A DNA stretch of 64,000 nt from Bigelowiella natans CCMP2755 (lineage: Eukaryota; Protista; Cercozoa): assembly GCA_000320545.1 (NCBI GenBank), contig ADNK01001949.1, forward strand, positions 1-64,000, written 5' to 3'. Every line of letters begins with the position of its first letter. Position 1 is the first letter of the stretch. The translations under genes were made by a program, and so were the position numbers. Below the pieces are notes generated by a model that saw nothing but the letters and a program-made list of their open reading frames with translations, had not been told where the DNA came from and did no database searches. Positions 39,101 to 53,386 of this stretch are shown here, one piece after another.

Positions 39101-40124
39101 AGCTTCACTCGTCTGGAGAAGATCCTCTGAATTCTGGCATCAACAGCAAAAACTGTACACATGTAAGATCATCGAGTAGCACAGATTCTCGACTCGATTT
39201 TCCCCATCTTAGTTGTTTCGCTAAGATCTTGCATCTGTCGCTCTGTTTAGCATTGCAGCAGGGGGTTCCAAAGATCGACCCCAACGACATTGAACAAGGA
39301 CGTCTAGGAGATTGTTGGTTTTGCTGCGCGCTCTCGGTTTTGGCTGAGAACCCGGACTTCATCAGAGATATCATCACGAACAAAGAGGCCCATCCACTAG
39401 GGATCTATCAGGCAGTGCCAAAAGAATACTTATAGGCTTATACATTAATGCTGATAAAACCCTCCATTCTTCGGATTCCTTCATTTGCTTGTAATCAGCA
39501 GCAATCTTGATGGCTATCATTAAGAAACCTGTGTGGCATGTAGGTTCGCCTATGCGTGGATGGGACATGGGAGAATGTGATAATTGATGACTTCTTCCCT
39601 TACATCGGCAACCGCCCAGCATTCATGCACAGCCAGCAGAAAGAAATCTGGTGTATGCTGATAGAGAAAGCGTATGCTAAGGCCTACGGGGGTGAGAGAC
39701 TGTGTTAGTAATACTAATAATAATATTAAAACAATGATGATCATATGACGGACTTCTAGCATTGTTTTCCTGAAAGCGCAGATACGATTTCCATTCGCAA
39801 TAGCCTTTGCCAACTTCTCTTCCTGGAATTTGTTTCTGAGCGGTGCAGAGTTTCTTAGATACGTGTAAGGACAAGTATGATTGGGTTTTTGCAGGATATT
39901 TGGCTCTGGAAGCAGGGAATTCGCACGAGGCTTTTGCAGACCTATTAGGTTTCCCCGCCCACATTTTCAAGATAACCGGGGAAAACACAGAGAGGCTGTG
40001 GGAGATGCTGTCCGTGTATTGTTCTTCTGGCTCTCCAATGGCTCTTTCAACCCCAGGGGACTTCAAACGTAAGTAAAATGACTGTGTGTTTGAAATATTG
40101 TTTTGGATTTATTTTCATATATGT

Positions 40125-40163
<39 letters not shown>

Positions 40164-41920
40164 ATATATATATTGTATATATATTATATATATGAGGCAG
40201 GTGTAATTGAGAGACCATAATCAAATGAGCGGGAATTGGCATCTTGAGTGCAATTTGATACGATTCTAATTTGTATCAGAGGTTGAAGCGAAGTTAGGGA
40301 TGGAAGAAGGAGAGGCAAGGAAGAAAACGGGTCTAATTCCAAGACATGCATTCAGCGTCTTGCACGCAAAAGAGTACAAGGGGTACATCGAGAAACCCTA
40401 CGACTTTAGATTCAAATCCTTTTAGTATCTCTCTCTCAAAAACTGCAAAATCTCAGTGTTTTGACAACGTATTCTCTGCAACTTACTTGCTCGAATTAGC
40501 GTGCGTCTAGTGAAGATTCGAAACCCATGGGGGAGCGGCGAGTGGACGGGTAAATTCTCGGATAATGATACTGAGAGCTGGACGAAGGACTTCAAAGACT
40601 ACTTCGGTATTTTAACGAGAGATATATCTCATTGAAACACACGTTAACGTAACTTGAATATAGGCTGGATATCCCGCCTACGAAAACGCGTGTATATTTG
40701 TTTGTTGGCTCAGATTTGATTTTTCCTTCAGGCTTTAAAAAATCCAACGATGGAATATTCTTCATGGAGTTCTCCGAAGTTGAGAAGTATTTTAGTACTC
40801 TCTACATCTGCACCCTCATCAGCGAGAATGGCAAAAAATTCCACGAAGCTCGGGCAAAGGGGGAGCTGCAGAAGTTTCCAGAGTATGTGTCTTGGCAATT
40901 CGTTACGAAGAAGAAGTCTATCGCTGTGATTACGCTATACCAGCATAGCAGTCGCCACCTCATTGCTCCTCGTTCAATCGACATGGACATTACCGTTGTG
41001 GATGAGAGTGCAACAAGGACGATAATCGCTAGGCAAGGTTGTTCGTTTGTTATCATGTGCCTCTCGTAAAGAAGACCGGCAAGTGTCAACATGAAAGCGC
41101 CGATGCGCGTAATTTGAGAGCTAAAGCGCCATGGCGCAAATAAAATCTAAGCAAAATGTTGTGATAAACCAGGAAAGGGTAAGTCGATGATGACTGCTTC
41201 TGTTGACCCTGGCACATATCGCATTATCGTGCATTCGAGAGAGAATTGGACGAAGGGCGACCTGAAATCAATTAAGTTTGCTATGTCCGTCCACTGTGAG
41301 GAACAAGGTAACATTGCCAATGATGACTGCTGTGCAAACTCAAGAGTGACGCCCCGAAATGATAAGTTCGATCATTGGTGTTGTGACAGTGAGCTTGAAG
41401 CTAGTGAATGACGGATATCCTGAGAAGGCTCTAAACGCACGCAAGAAGCAGGATTTGGAGACTTATCACATCATAAGTGGGCTAAGCGGTCTTGCTTTAG
41501 ACGGCAAGGGAGCTCCTGCCACCAAAAAACTTGATAAGGGAAACAAGTACCAGGAATGGATTTTCGAGACCAACGGGCGCATTCTGTGTGCTGGAAATCG
41601 GAAAGCTGTAGATATACCCCGCTCAACCGTCAAATCTGGAACCGAAGTCATCCTGTGCGTCTGAACAAATATTTCCATCGTCACGCATATTTTTAAACTG
41701 TAGAGACTCACGCCGTGGTTTGTTGTGTGGACGCAGGTACCCTCATAAGCACAATGGCGACAACCAAAAATTTGTCCGGAAGAGCGGAATGCTGGTGAGC
41801 TTGCTTCACTCAGAATTAGCACTCACTGTCACGTCGAAAGAGGATGGAGCAAAGTTGCGAGTTTGCACGATAACGAAGGGCTCTGCAAACCACATGTGGA
41901 GGATCGAAAAAGTTAAATGA
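36180..41920 (+). CDS. Calpain (peptidase C2) with multiple ricin-B-type lectin domains
   Basis: Catalytic motifs QGRLGDCWF (~39295), GLIPRHAFS (~40345) and KIRNPWG (~40520); also IIDDFFP, IEKAYAK, DGIFFM and a domain III-like region. Ricin-B-like repeats AIDIP/GSRT...HGGRNQKW, AIDIPGS...HGGANQQW and AVDIPRS...HNGDNQKF. Confidence 0.92.
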
Positions 41921-41999
41921 GGAGCTAGCTACCGCAACCACAGCCCAAGTCTAATGGATATGTGCAAAAGAAGCGCAATGGTGTTCACAAAATCCAGCA

Positions 42000-42960
42000 C
42001 CAATTGTCTAGAAATTAATGCAAAACGAGGAATGCTGTGTCCATGCCGTCGCATTGCATGATCTTGTTGTGAGCGCACCGCTTGCATGAAGCGTGTGTGC
42101 CTGCATTGCTTGAGTTGCTGCCTGTGGTCGACGAACGTCGATGATCAATGGTCGGGTCATCCTAGCTAGGAGGCATCCGCACTTTTGCTTTAGTTCCAAT
42201 GATGCGGAGTCAGAACTAGAGAGCCATGAGCTGCAGCACGACAGCACTAGAGCAGCGCAGTTGGTTGGCGAACTAGGCGAATGATCTGCAATCAGAACAG
42301 CCGAAATGATCACAAAATGGAACAATCAAACAATGAAACAATGATGATCAATGACAAAAACCTGCTGCATTTCCAACATGTTGCAATGGCATGCAACAAT
42401 GCAGCATTGATTGATGCAAATGTGCAGAATGAGACACTTGCTGCCGAGGGAGCACCCAGCAAGCCAGATGAACAATGACAATGAACTTCATTTTCAAAAT
42501 GTTGCAAGCGACGATGCGAGTGTACAAAACGTGGTGCATTGAACTAGTTTTGGTGAGACCCATCTGGCAAAACCGCACATGCCGGGTCGCAAAATTGATG
42601 ATCGACCTAGTTGTTGTGGAACAATGTGTGACTGGCAGCAATCCAGCAATGTGGCGGCGACACAAAGCATCTACTCTGTGTAGGAACTTCGCAGAGGCTA
42701 CATCCACACGACGATCCACGGTCGGATCGTCCGAGGTGGCACCCAGCAAAACACTTTGGTTTTGGCAGAGTCAGAAGCATGAAAAAAGGAAGCAAGCAGA
42801 AGAAGCAGGCCTGACCCAGGGCCACTTGTGTGCTTGAAAATCCATTCGAGTCAGTGATTCATGGGGCGACACGTCTTTCTGTCCCATCGGTGAACAGGAA
42901 TGTGGTTCAGGGGTGGGAGGAAAAACCACCCTCGTGACCGAAAACCCCCCGGCCCATCAC
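42000..42960. other. TpA-depleted domain downstream of the calpain gene
   Basis: About 14 TA in about 960 nt, roughly 8 of them in CTAG. Confidence 0.75.
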
Positions 42961-43453
42961 CGCTAGACCGGATCGGCTCGCCAACAGCGTGCAACCCGAG
43001 AGGGTCACTCGAGTTTTGTTCAGGAGGAGTAACTTAAATCGAACAGCGTAAAAAATCTGAGGCTTTTGTGAATTGTCTCAATTTGAATCCATTCGATATG
43101 CAGCGACATGGACTAACCGACGGTAAAACTAGAAAAATCTAGAAATGTTGCTTCACGCCGGCACGGTTCAACATAACCGGTTAAGAATCGAGAACAAGGC
43201 AACACTCTTAGAACAATGAACAATGAACAACTCTTATACATGTAGACAAACATCCTAGTCTACCGGTAGACTAGGGTTTAGGAACTAGATTTAAAGGGCG
43301 TTTTCATAAGAATTCACCCAACTTTTGAGGATTTCTGCTCCGAATCGGCTTCCTTTTTTTCAATCCTGCTCCCGGCCCTAGGTAAATAGCACCTCCGCCA
43401 CATTTCCCCCACCATCAAGGCACGTCTTACGTGACTTCAACGGCCACGTAAGG

Positions 43454-45058
43454 ATGAAGATCGGCTGGGGGGATCTTAATAAATATTTTGGATTAGATTG
43501 TTCTCTCCTGATTCTCGTGGTCATAGGAGCGAACCTGCATGTGGACGCTGCCTGTCCTGTAGCTTGCGCAGATGGTTATACTTGTTACGACAATTTCTAC
43601 TGTACTAATGCGGTTAACGCGTACATAAATCTGGCGGATCTAGCTACTAGTTGCAATGCTGACTCTAGCTGTCCCGGATATGATGTTCGGGTAACACAGA
43701 ACGACGGAAGGATCTGCACATATGGCACGGGATATGGTAGTAATAGTGGTTACCAATTCTGTGAGAAAATCCCACCGACAGCAAACCCAACCACTTTTTC
43801 TCCAACTCTTAGTCCAACCTCTAATCCGATCTCAACGAGACATCCTAGCCAGATCCCTACCATAGCCCCAACCATACAGCCCACAAGCACGCCCACCGCT
43901 TGCCCAACCAACGGCCCGACCACGTCTCCAAGCGCATCTCCTAGTGGATCTCCAACTAGCAGTCCAAGTCAGGTTCCCACTACAGCCCCAACCACCCAGC
44001 CCACAAGCACGCCCACCGCTGGCCCAACCAACGGCCCGACCACGTCTCCAAGCGCATCTCCAAGTGGATCTCCAAGCGGATCACCGACAACTAGTCCAAG
44101 CCAGGCTCCTGCTACAGCCCCAACCACCCAGCCCACAAGCACGCCCACCGCTTGCCCAACCAACGGCCCGACCACGTCTCCAAGCGCATCTCCGAGCGGA
44201 TCTCCAAGCGGATCTCCCAGCGGATCTCCAAGCGGATCGCCGACGACTGGTCCAAGCCAGGCTCCTACTACAGCCCCGACTACACAGCCCACAAGCACAC
44301 CCACTGGCTGCCCAACCAACGGCCCGACTACGTCTCCAAGCAGATCTCCAAGCGGATCACCGACTACTAGTCCAAGCCAGGTTCCCACTGCAGCTCCATC
44401 ATTATCGCCTCTGCTAGACTTGGAAAAATGTGTGTACATATTTGGACCGTCTATTCATTCCAGCGATGTGACCCTTGAGATAGCGATCGAAAACACATGT
44501 CCGGAGGCGGCGAATGCGACCGTCACATGCACATGGGCAGTGGATGGGGCTCTCGTAGGGACCTCGGCCACTTTGCTTGAATTGCGTTCATCAAATCTTA
44601 CTACAATGCTTGGAGGGAGTTCCGGAAAGGAGATCCTCCTGACGGGTTGCAAACATTTTAATTTTTCTACTTATTCGGAGACCGTGTGCAAGGAGCATCG
44701 AGTCGAGGTTGTAAATGGACGGATGCCGAGCGTTAGTCTCTCCGGCACCAGTGTCCTCTCCCCAGGGTCCTCTTGCGTGATCCATGCCCTGATTACCCAT
44801 CCACTGCGTAACCTGAGCACCTCTACCATCGGCAAATTTGCCTACTCATGGATTGTACGTCGCCTAGCACGAGGTAGCCGACCGATGAAGGATCTGGAAC
44901 TAGCTGGAACTCTAACTAATGAGACAAGCCTGATAATATCTCCAGGGAAATTGGAGCCACGAGAGAGCTACGAGATCACCTTTTCTTCAAATTTCAGCTC
45001 TGCATACGGCCCAAGGGGCATATTTAACATTTCGGTCGTTTCCCATAGTATATATCGT

Positions 45059-45100
<42 letters not shown>

Positions 45101-45496
45101 GCTTAAAAAATATCAACTTACACATTGCTGCATCAGGACTTCCTGACGAATATTAATATTGGAATGATACAAAGAAACAACCCTGACATCACAATTTTAC
45201 CCTTACCTAAGGCCCGAGCAAATACTACGTCTAGGAATGTTGTAGCCGTGATCAGCGGTGGGCATTATCGGCAGATTTCTGAGGTCCCACATGGAGGCTT
45301 TGAAGTCGATGCAAGCCACTCGTTTGATCCCGAAGCGTCAGATACCGGCAGCAGCTTGGGTAGAGTGCTGAACTTCTCTTGGTCGTGTTATAATGCTACG
45401 GTACCGAAACCCCTTAAGTTATTTTTGGACATTGATGCGATTGTGAATGTACAGACGTACAGATTGTGCGTGTGTGTATGTGTAAAGGAGGAGAGA

Positions 45497-45538
<42 letters not shown>

Positions 45539-46118
45539 GGGAAGGATGCTGATTAAAGCGTCAATTTGTGTTTGTCTATACTGTCACATACGCTATAGAT
45601 AATGCATGTAATTCGAAACACTTTCTCAGCACAAACACAAGCATTTATAGGCATATTGGTATATTGTATAGAACAACAAAGCATGCTATAGTTTTAACAC
45701 CTCGCATACAAGATCGGTGGCCTTTATTCAAAGAAAATATCTCCCTGAGGGTAGTCTTTTTATGAAGTTTAGTTGTATATGTCTTAAATGCCTAACGTGG
45801 TAAGCTGGCAAATCACGACAATGATCTTCCATGCTGCCCCGCCTCCATTGGCTATAAACACTATCGTATCATGTAGATCACGGAGCAAATGCAAAAATTC
45901 CCAACAAAGAATACTTGAAGGCCAAATTTGACAAGCGCCATTCTCTATCTCGATGGGAACTTGACTTTCCTCACCATGCCCCATTTCCTTTCTTCCTTCT
46001 CTGTTTAGGTACTCGACTCAATATAACAGTCATTTTCTCGGTACTCTCAAATGAAGGTATTGTATCCTTTCATAGTCGATTGAAAGGGTGATATGCTTTT
46101 CTTCCTTCTCTCTGAAAG

Positions 46119-46160
<42 letters not shown>

Positions 46161-46893
46161 TATATATTCCAGGTACCCTCTTCCGATCTGACAGCGCGTC
46201 AACTAGCGTCGTTGTTGTTCCAGCGTCTAGACCGGTACTAGAAACTATTGACTACCACGAAGATGAAATATGTACTCTGCAAAGGAAATTTTGTTCTTTA
46301 CTTGGCATCAACTCTGCCTTGTTGATGATAATATCACATACATCTCACAAGCGTACAGCCGAACATGGGCATATCCGCATGCACTGAAGATGCATTAATG
46401 CTAATCCTATGGCATTCGCGGTACAGAAAGTGGCACTTTCAGGGACATCTAGCCGCCAATTGTACATTTCTCGTAGCGATACGGTAATGATGATGTTCTA
46501 GAATGAATCTACAAGTAGGCTCCGCGTAACAGTCCACAATAAAATGAAGGGATAAGAAGAGATTTGAAGGAAGTCGCAGATATTGACACGTATCTATTCT
46601 GTATGTTGGATGACACGTGCTCCATATTACGTTCAAATAACTGCAATCTCCTGTGGTTTCTTCGGTAGATTACACTCGTCGCAAACGTGCTAGGGTCAAC
46701 GAATGTAAGCCAGCATTATATAAAGAAATAACTCACAGTATAGCCGTAGACTCTATCGTCAATCTCACAACAGTAAAGAGTGTATGATGTACCTCGCTTC
46801 TTGTCAACTATTTAGACGCCTATTTACGAGTGGCTTTTAGAAGATACTTCGACCCTGGCTCACACTGTCAGTATCCACAAACAAAATATATTA

Positions 46894-46932
<39 letters not shown>

Positions 46933-47406
46933 ATTATCATTATTTGGCAACTAGAACCGGCAAGTATGAGTCAAAGAACATAGTTAGAACATAGAAGCTT
47001 GTAAATAAAGCAATACGAGTATCTAAATGATAACACATTTACTGGCCCTCTCTGATTATTAGGCATCACTATATATGGATCTCGCCAGCCTCCCAACACA
47101 TGCAAATACGTCTGATCTTTTTGAATGATCTTCTTAAACGATACCTTTTTCCCAAAATAGATGTCTTTCTTCCACTGATTCTCACTACTCATGAGCGCAT
47201 TTTACATTAACCGAACTCAATAGCGAGACCTTACTTGGACGTTTAATCCTAACCACCAGGTTTACGATAACGGTAAGAGTAACGGACTCGGTCACAAGGC
47301 AAATATCTAGCATTATGGTGGGTTACTTGTTTTGTTAATCTACGGCGTAAATTCCAAGATAACGATGCAATACAATTCTATATATTTCCGATTAAATTTT
47401 GATCTA

Positions 47407-47449
<43 letters not shown>

Positions 47450-47471
47450 CTCTCTCTCTCCATTTCACGAA

Positions 47472-47515
<44 letters not shown>

Positions 47516-50500
47516 TTTTATTTATGTGTTGATTTGATATAAAGGTAAAGCTGATCGCTTTAGACGTCCCATCGGTTTCGTCTGCAGCTACAACCCCCCT
47601 CAATGGCTCCGCGTATGCGACAACATTCCTCACTTCAGTTGTTGCGACGTCAATCGAAATACCCCTTCATTATTCGTTTGGCTATCGTCCTGCAAAGAAC
47701 CCTAACGGAGACATCCAAGTTCTGCATAGTTTCGCTCCTGAAAATATGGCAAGGTGTAGTTATTTCCTCCCTCTGCTTTCATTTTTTTTTTTTTTTTGGT
47801 TTCCCATTTTCGTCGAGCCTTATCAGTAATCTTCTCCCTTTTTAAAAATGCAGCTATTGGCATTTTGTTGTTCATGTTCTTACGGTTGCGTCTGTACTTA
47901 CGAGTTTCAATTCTATTCTTCCCTTGGAATTTTGAATTCTGTGTGTTTTTCAGCTTTGTCTTACCTCCTGGCAATTTTACGATCGTCACATCGGTCCGAG
48001 ATGCGCTAGGAGGAGTAGTCTCCCAACCCGCCGGCGTCGTTGCCGTAATGCAATATCGAAACACAACATCGGACGCCGAAGGGAGCTGCGCAACCGCTAT
48101 CAATGCTGTGGCGAATATACGGCGGATAATCGACTCGAGTGCTGTCTTGACCTCTGATGAGGTGCCAGATGACGACGTCTGTGACGAACTGGATCTTGTC
48201 CTCGAAAAGCTTTTGCTTTACGAGCTCTATAACCAGGCCCTTACTCTTTCGCAAAATGCTCTGAAGGAAATATCCGACATTCCCCTCGATTCTCGCGCAG
48301 TGGGTACGTGCCACGGCGGTTTCGGTGTGCTCCGTGGGGGGCGATGCTCCGCAGGGAGTTTATCGGATCTTTCATTGGGCTTATGGACCGTCGTGGAAAA
48401 GAGAACGAACAGTTTTGTTACTGGTGTGCTCTCGCAGGCAGGGAAGGCGGCTGGAAAAGAGGCCCAAGTGATGCAGGTTCTCGAGGCCACCGCAACATCG
48501 CCAACATTCTCCAACGTCTCCACCGAGCGCGCCAATAGCCTGTCGGCATCTGTAGAACAGGTTATCTCCCAGGCTAGCCCAAAGGACCTTGCTAGCAATA
48601 TTGGTCAGAGCTGTACAGTCGTTCTATCCGAGATCCTTAGATATGGGCTTCTTCAAGAACAGCGTCTTGTTGGGCGGCAATATGCTAGCCGACGCAACAT
48701 CAACGCCAACGTTGTACGCGGAAATGGGTGTGAGCTCGTAGACAGCTCGATTCGGCAGCTGGACGCATTACTGAAGGCATCCGGAAATGTGGTTCCCCCA
48801 GATTCCAACTCAGGTCCTCTTAGATACCAGAGCTTTGCGTTCCAAGCGTCCGTGGGCAGTGCATTCGCGGATGAGCAAGCCAAGTTCAATACGACTTCTG
48901 TCTCCGTCCTCGCGTCTCCATCAGCCTCATCATCATCTTCAATCCGCCCCCAGATTATCACAGGCATCAATGAGATTCAGCTTGATGTCGCGAAATGTCG
49001 TCCTTCACGCATGGACAACGGCTCGAAGCGCAACAAGGACCGGCGTCTCTCCCCCGTCGTGTCCATCAACATCTACAACTCCTCAGGTGATCGCCAATTC
49101 ACGTCAGGGCATACCAACGCTCGCTATGGCAACGGCGGAATCGTTGATATCGTCTTCGATGAACTTGCTCCTGATACCAGCGGCCATTGCGGGTCAACGT
49201 CTTTGGCGCAAAGAGAGCTACGGCGGTCGTGTCGGTTCTGGGTTCCGGAACGAGAGGCCTGGGACACATCAGGCTGCCGGTATATCGCACCCAATGCGTC
49301 TACTTCCTCGAGCAACAGCAGTAGAGGCGTCTGTCGCTGCTCACACCTAACAGAATTTGCTCTCTTCTCTGACCATGATGAATGCTCGCGAGTGGAGTCG
49401 AAAGCCACTCATCAGTATTTGGGTATATTTTCCGCCCTCATCGGCTGTTACATGATCTTGGGGTTGGCCTCAATGGTACAGTCGCTGCGACTATTCCGTG
49501 TAGGCATTGACGTATTCTCAACCCTCTGTGGTCCTCACGTCATCGCGTTAGGCCTATGCATCGTTCGAGTAGTTTCCCTAGCGCTCATTGCGGAGATCAT
49601 TGGAGGCTTCAAAGCGGAGACACTGCACATTAGTGGCATGGTTGTCATTCTTGCCCTGCCGTATACATTTTCATTAGCGCTGTACCTGTTGCTTGTGTTC
49701 CAGTGGATCAGTATTGTCCACAATAGGAAACTATCGAAGACTCCATTCGAGCAAGTGAAGAAGTGCTACAGGGCCTCAACGATATCCGCCATTGTGGCCT
49801 GCTGGCTTATTTTCCTAGTGTTTTTCTTCTACATGAGGCGGTATGATAGTGACTTGGCTGTCACCATGTCAGCAGGGGCTCTCGTTGGATTGTTTGTGGT
49901 CATCATCGTGGCCATCTACGCGTACGGCTACTGGCTCATCCGTTCGATGCAGAGTACGTGCAGGGAGGGATGAAAATGCTGAGATGGTGTTTATGATGGT
50001 GATCTGAATCATGTTGATAGTTATTATCATGCATGCATGTATATGTATGGCCCTTTTCAGCGACATCGGTGATGAGTACTATTAAATGACGGATTTGCTT
50101 TAACAGGGTCTCTGGGGCAGAAAAATAGCAAGACTGCAATGTAGTATGAACACGCTACCTCCCCTCCTCCCTTAATGAAATAATTGGAAAATAGCGCTGG
50201 TCCTGCATCTTCCACTGACGCTTGAAATTGGTTCCCTTTCTGCTACTCTCGGCCCCATGAATGTTTCAGGAGATTTCAGGCATTCATCTTTTGTTTTGCC
50301 TCAATGCTGCTGTCCATGAGCGGACTCTTTATCGCATGTGGATTTGCCAGCCTTTCCATTCGATATATCCTCTATGCGTGTGCGGTCTTCTGCGAAGCCG
50401 CCGGTCTGGCCTTGATAATTTGGTTCATGAAGGACGGAGTCTCCAATGCAATTAATGTACTACATTTTGATTCTCTCCATCCTCCTTCCCTTCCCGTGCC

Positions 50501-51064
50501 GATTTGTTTTCAACTCCCACAGGAGATACACAAGCATACGAAACATAGCCATACGCACTCGCACACACGTAGAAACTCAAGGCCATGCGATCGTACGCCG
50601 ATCTAACGCAAGATCTAACCATACCAACTTCTCAGAGAAAAACCGGCAATTCAAGGAGCAATCGTCGCTCGCGAAGGTCATCGGCTGAAACCAAATCGCG
50701 AACATCGCGGTCAAGCCAGGATGCTCGGATCGAGGATAGTAGGCATCCATCAGCCAAATATATCCTAAAAGGAAGGATTGTATCAAATCCTCAACTCCAG
50801 GCGACCACGCATGAGCAAAAGACAGCCAAGATCTCATTTGGAAGCCTAGCCGCCTCCAGTCTCAGCACCAGCACGATGGGGATACCATTGCGTTCCATAA
50901 ATCGCCCAGCGACCAATAGTTTGCAATCTTCAAACTCATTATATAGAGTCTCAGCTACCCCGGATGATTCGAGTGATCTCAGCTTGATTCCAAGGAGCAC
51001 GAGTATTAATCCCAACGTGGTTGACGGCAATCCACTTAACTCAAAATTCAATCTCAACCTGTGA
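43454..51064 (+). CDS. Adhesion-GPCR/polycystin-1-like receptor: signal peptide, Cys-rich module, PT mucin stalk, REJ-like region, GAIN/GPS, multi-pass (probably 7) TM, basic Ser-rich tail
   Basis: ORFs 43454..45106, 45125..45556 (EVDASHSFDPE, LNFSWSC), 47796..49973 (VTSVRDALGG; CRFW...WDTSGC...CRCSHLTEFAL; five hydrophobic segments), 50304.. (further TM) and 50585..51064. Confidence 0.88.
43845..44400 (+). repeat. Coding tandem repeat (PT/SP stalk), 4 units
   Basis: Anchor ccacaagcac at 43881, 44001, 44133 and 44289. Spacings of 120/132/156 nt differ by 12-nt SPSG units. Confidence 0.9.
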
Positions 51065-51699
51065 TCAGGGGCTGGGATAAGGAGCTGAAGGGCGTAAGAA
51101 TCTAAATTGTCGCTAAGATTTTCGCAAGCACATTCGTGAACGCCTGTATGCCTGACGTAGCATAGTATGTGTAGTATGAGCATCTCGTGTGCATATTCAT
51201 GAGCACGGCGAGGGACCACGGAGAAGATGCTGCTGCAACTCAATACCGTGCTAAGTTATATATTCAATGTAGCGTAATTAAGTCTCTGAATGGTTTTCAA
51301 TAGTTATTCGACTCTTCGGTAGCTCTGAAAAGCAGCGGCTACATGACAATAAATCTGAGACGGATGCGTAGTGAAGTGATTAAGTCATCCTAACATGTAG
51401 CTGTGCAAAGGCCAGCGGTTACAGTGCTTATGTTATATCTATATTTGTCTCTTTTATTACATGTTTCATGCATTTTTAAAAGCGCAAATATATCCGGTCG
51501 TAGCGTCGTATATAGCCTATAAGGGTTATAGATCGTACCGGGTCAAAAACACATATGTTCTCTCTAAGCCATATGCGTGGTTGAATAACTACACATGTTA
51601 TTATTCGCATGTGTGTACGCTATATAGCCTATAAGGGCATGATGGGCTATAGAGTCGCGATGTTAGGCAGTACGTGCAGCAGTTCTTGCTTGTTTTTCT

Positions 51700-52220
51700 G
51701 CTTTATGCAGTGGATAGCTTTGTCATGTAACAAAGCGAATTACACATACAGCGTCGTCATGACGCATGGAGGCATGTGCACTGCTCAGGCAGGCACCAAT
51801 TTTGGCTACACATGAACCATGGTTGTAGCGAAATGAGTGCTGCATGATGTGCCAACCGCGCACAATCATGAGCAAGATAGCAACAAGGCAAGAGACACGC
51901 ATGCACTTCGCATGCGCTTGATCTCTCACTGCGGAGTTGCAGCACGATGACGGTCATGCTAGCATTTGACCAAGCTAGCAATAAGGCGGTAGAGAAAACG
52001 TCCAACATGCATGGTAGCAGGCCGCGCAAGTGTGCAGCGAGAATGGACTGAGAAAATGATGTCCCGCACTTGAATAATACAAACACGTAGCAATGTCAAA
52101 CAAAAACATTTTTTCGCTCATTCCCTTCATGAACGCACAAAGGAGTGCTATGTTGCCGGAGTACAGCCCTGCGAACGTCACGCTCCGTCTGCTCCGAGAT
52201 CGTTTTGCAGAAGAATGATA
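51700..52220. other. Moderately TpA-depleted domain between convergent genes
   Basis: CATG/TGCA-rich with reduced TA relative to the flanks. Confidence 0.5.
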
Positions 52221-52291
52221 TTCCGTCAATCATCGAAGCATATGATAATGCGCATGAGACAGGATAGACCGATTGGACCCGTAAAAACTGC

Positions 52292-53066
52292 TCAGAGAGA
52301 CGGAGCGTATTTCACGTCAGACACCACCGTGAGTACATCGTCTGCTGCCGATATTCCAGTCTTTGTCGCCTCCACGCCTGGATATAGAGGCAAACACAGT
52401 ATTGGTGCGAAATCACGTGTGAGTTCTGGGTCGATTATGCAGATTCATGTGTCTACCATTCCTCCCCCCCCCCCCGTTCTTCCCGTTGTTCGAGTTTGGA
52501 AGCATAGAAGTGCAGCTCTCCTCTGGTGTTTTTACCTTGGTAGCCAGGGAGAGGCACTCCTTCCGCGATGAGGTAGTTGACGATGGGGACCATTGCGTCT
52601 TTCACAGAGAAAATGGGCGACATAGCAACATCAGTTGTTTTCCAAAACATGCGTCGTTTGGCACGATGGTGTTTGCGTTTGGGATGAAACCCTCCTTCTC
52701 TCCCTCGCGACTCCGCGCGCTTCTAGCTGATGGTGCGTGGCATTCGTTGCGCTCACTCTTTGTTTTGTCTTATTCAAATGTCACGCCCCCTTATCGTTTA
52801 TGATTACTACTAACTGACTGCCACTACTGATGCTACCGAGCGAGTATTCAATAACTTGGGACACCAGGTCAAAATGCACAGGCCCAACCTTTTCATTGTA
52901 TATTCCATCGAGATTGGTCAGATATACTAAATTGCATCACGCTAATGTGCAGGAAGATGAATACAGAAACAATGATCGTATACCAGCATCTCGGAGTCTG
53001 GGAGTATGTGTACGTGCGTGCGTGTGCGTGTGTGCGTGTGGTATCGGTAGACATAGTAGAAAGTAA

Positions 53067-53111
<45 letters not shown>

Positions 53112-53343
53112 CTCTCCCGCCCTCTCTCACACACATACACAAACGCTTACACTTATATGTTGTACGGCATTGCAATAATTGTTAAGAATACCGCTGTGGA
53201 GTTGACCACGAGAGGCTTTGAGATGATGATGATGATGATGCGCCAGACGATAGAATAAAACAACACTCGTGAGAGCACAATCAACCATCAAAGCCTCATT
53301 TCTCTCTCTTGCTCTCACACTCTCTCTCCCTCTCTGTCTCTCA

Positions 53344-53386
<43 letters not shown>

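Noticed and set aside
43271-43282. CTAGGGTTTAGG telomere-like motif
   Set aside because: Fewer than two clean units; chance occurrence is likely.
51509-51637. 17-bp direct repeat tatatagcctataaggg
   Set aside because: Short and AT-rich, with no element structure between the copies.
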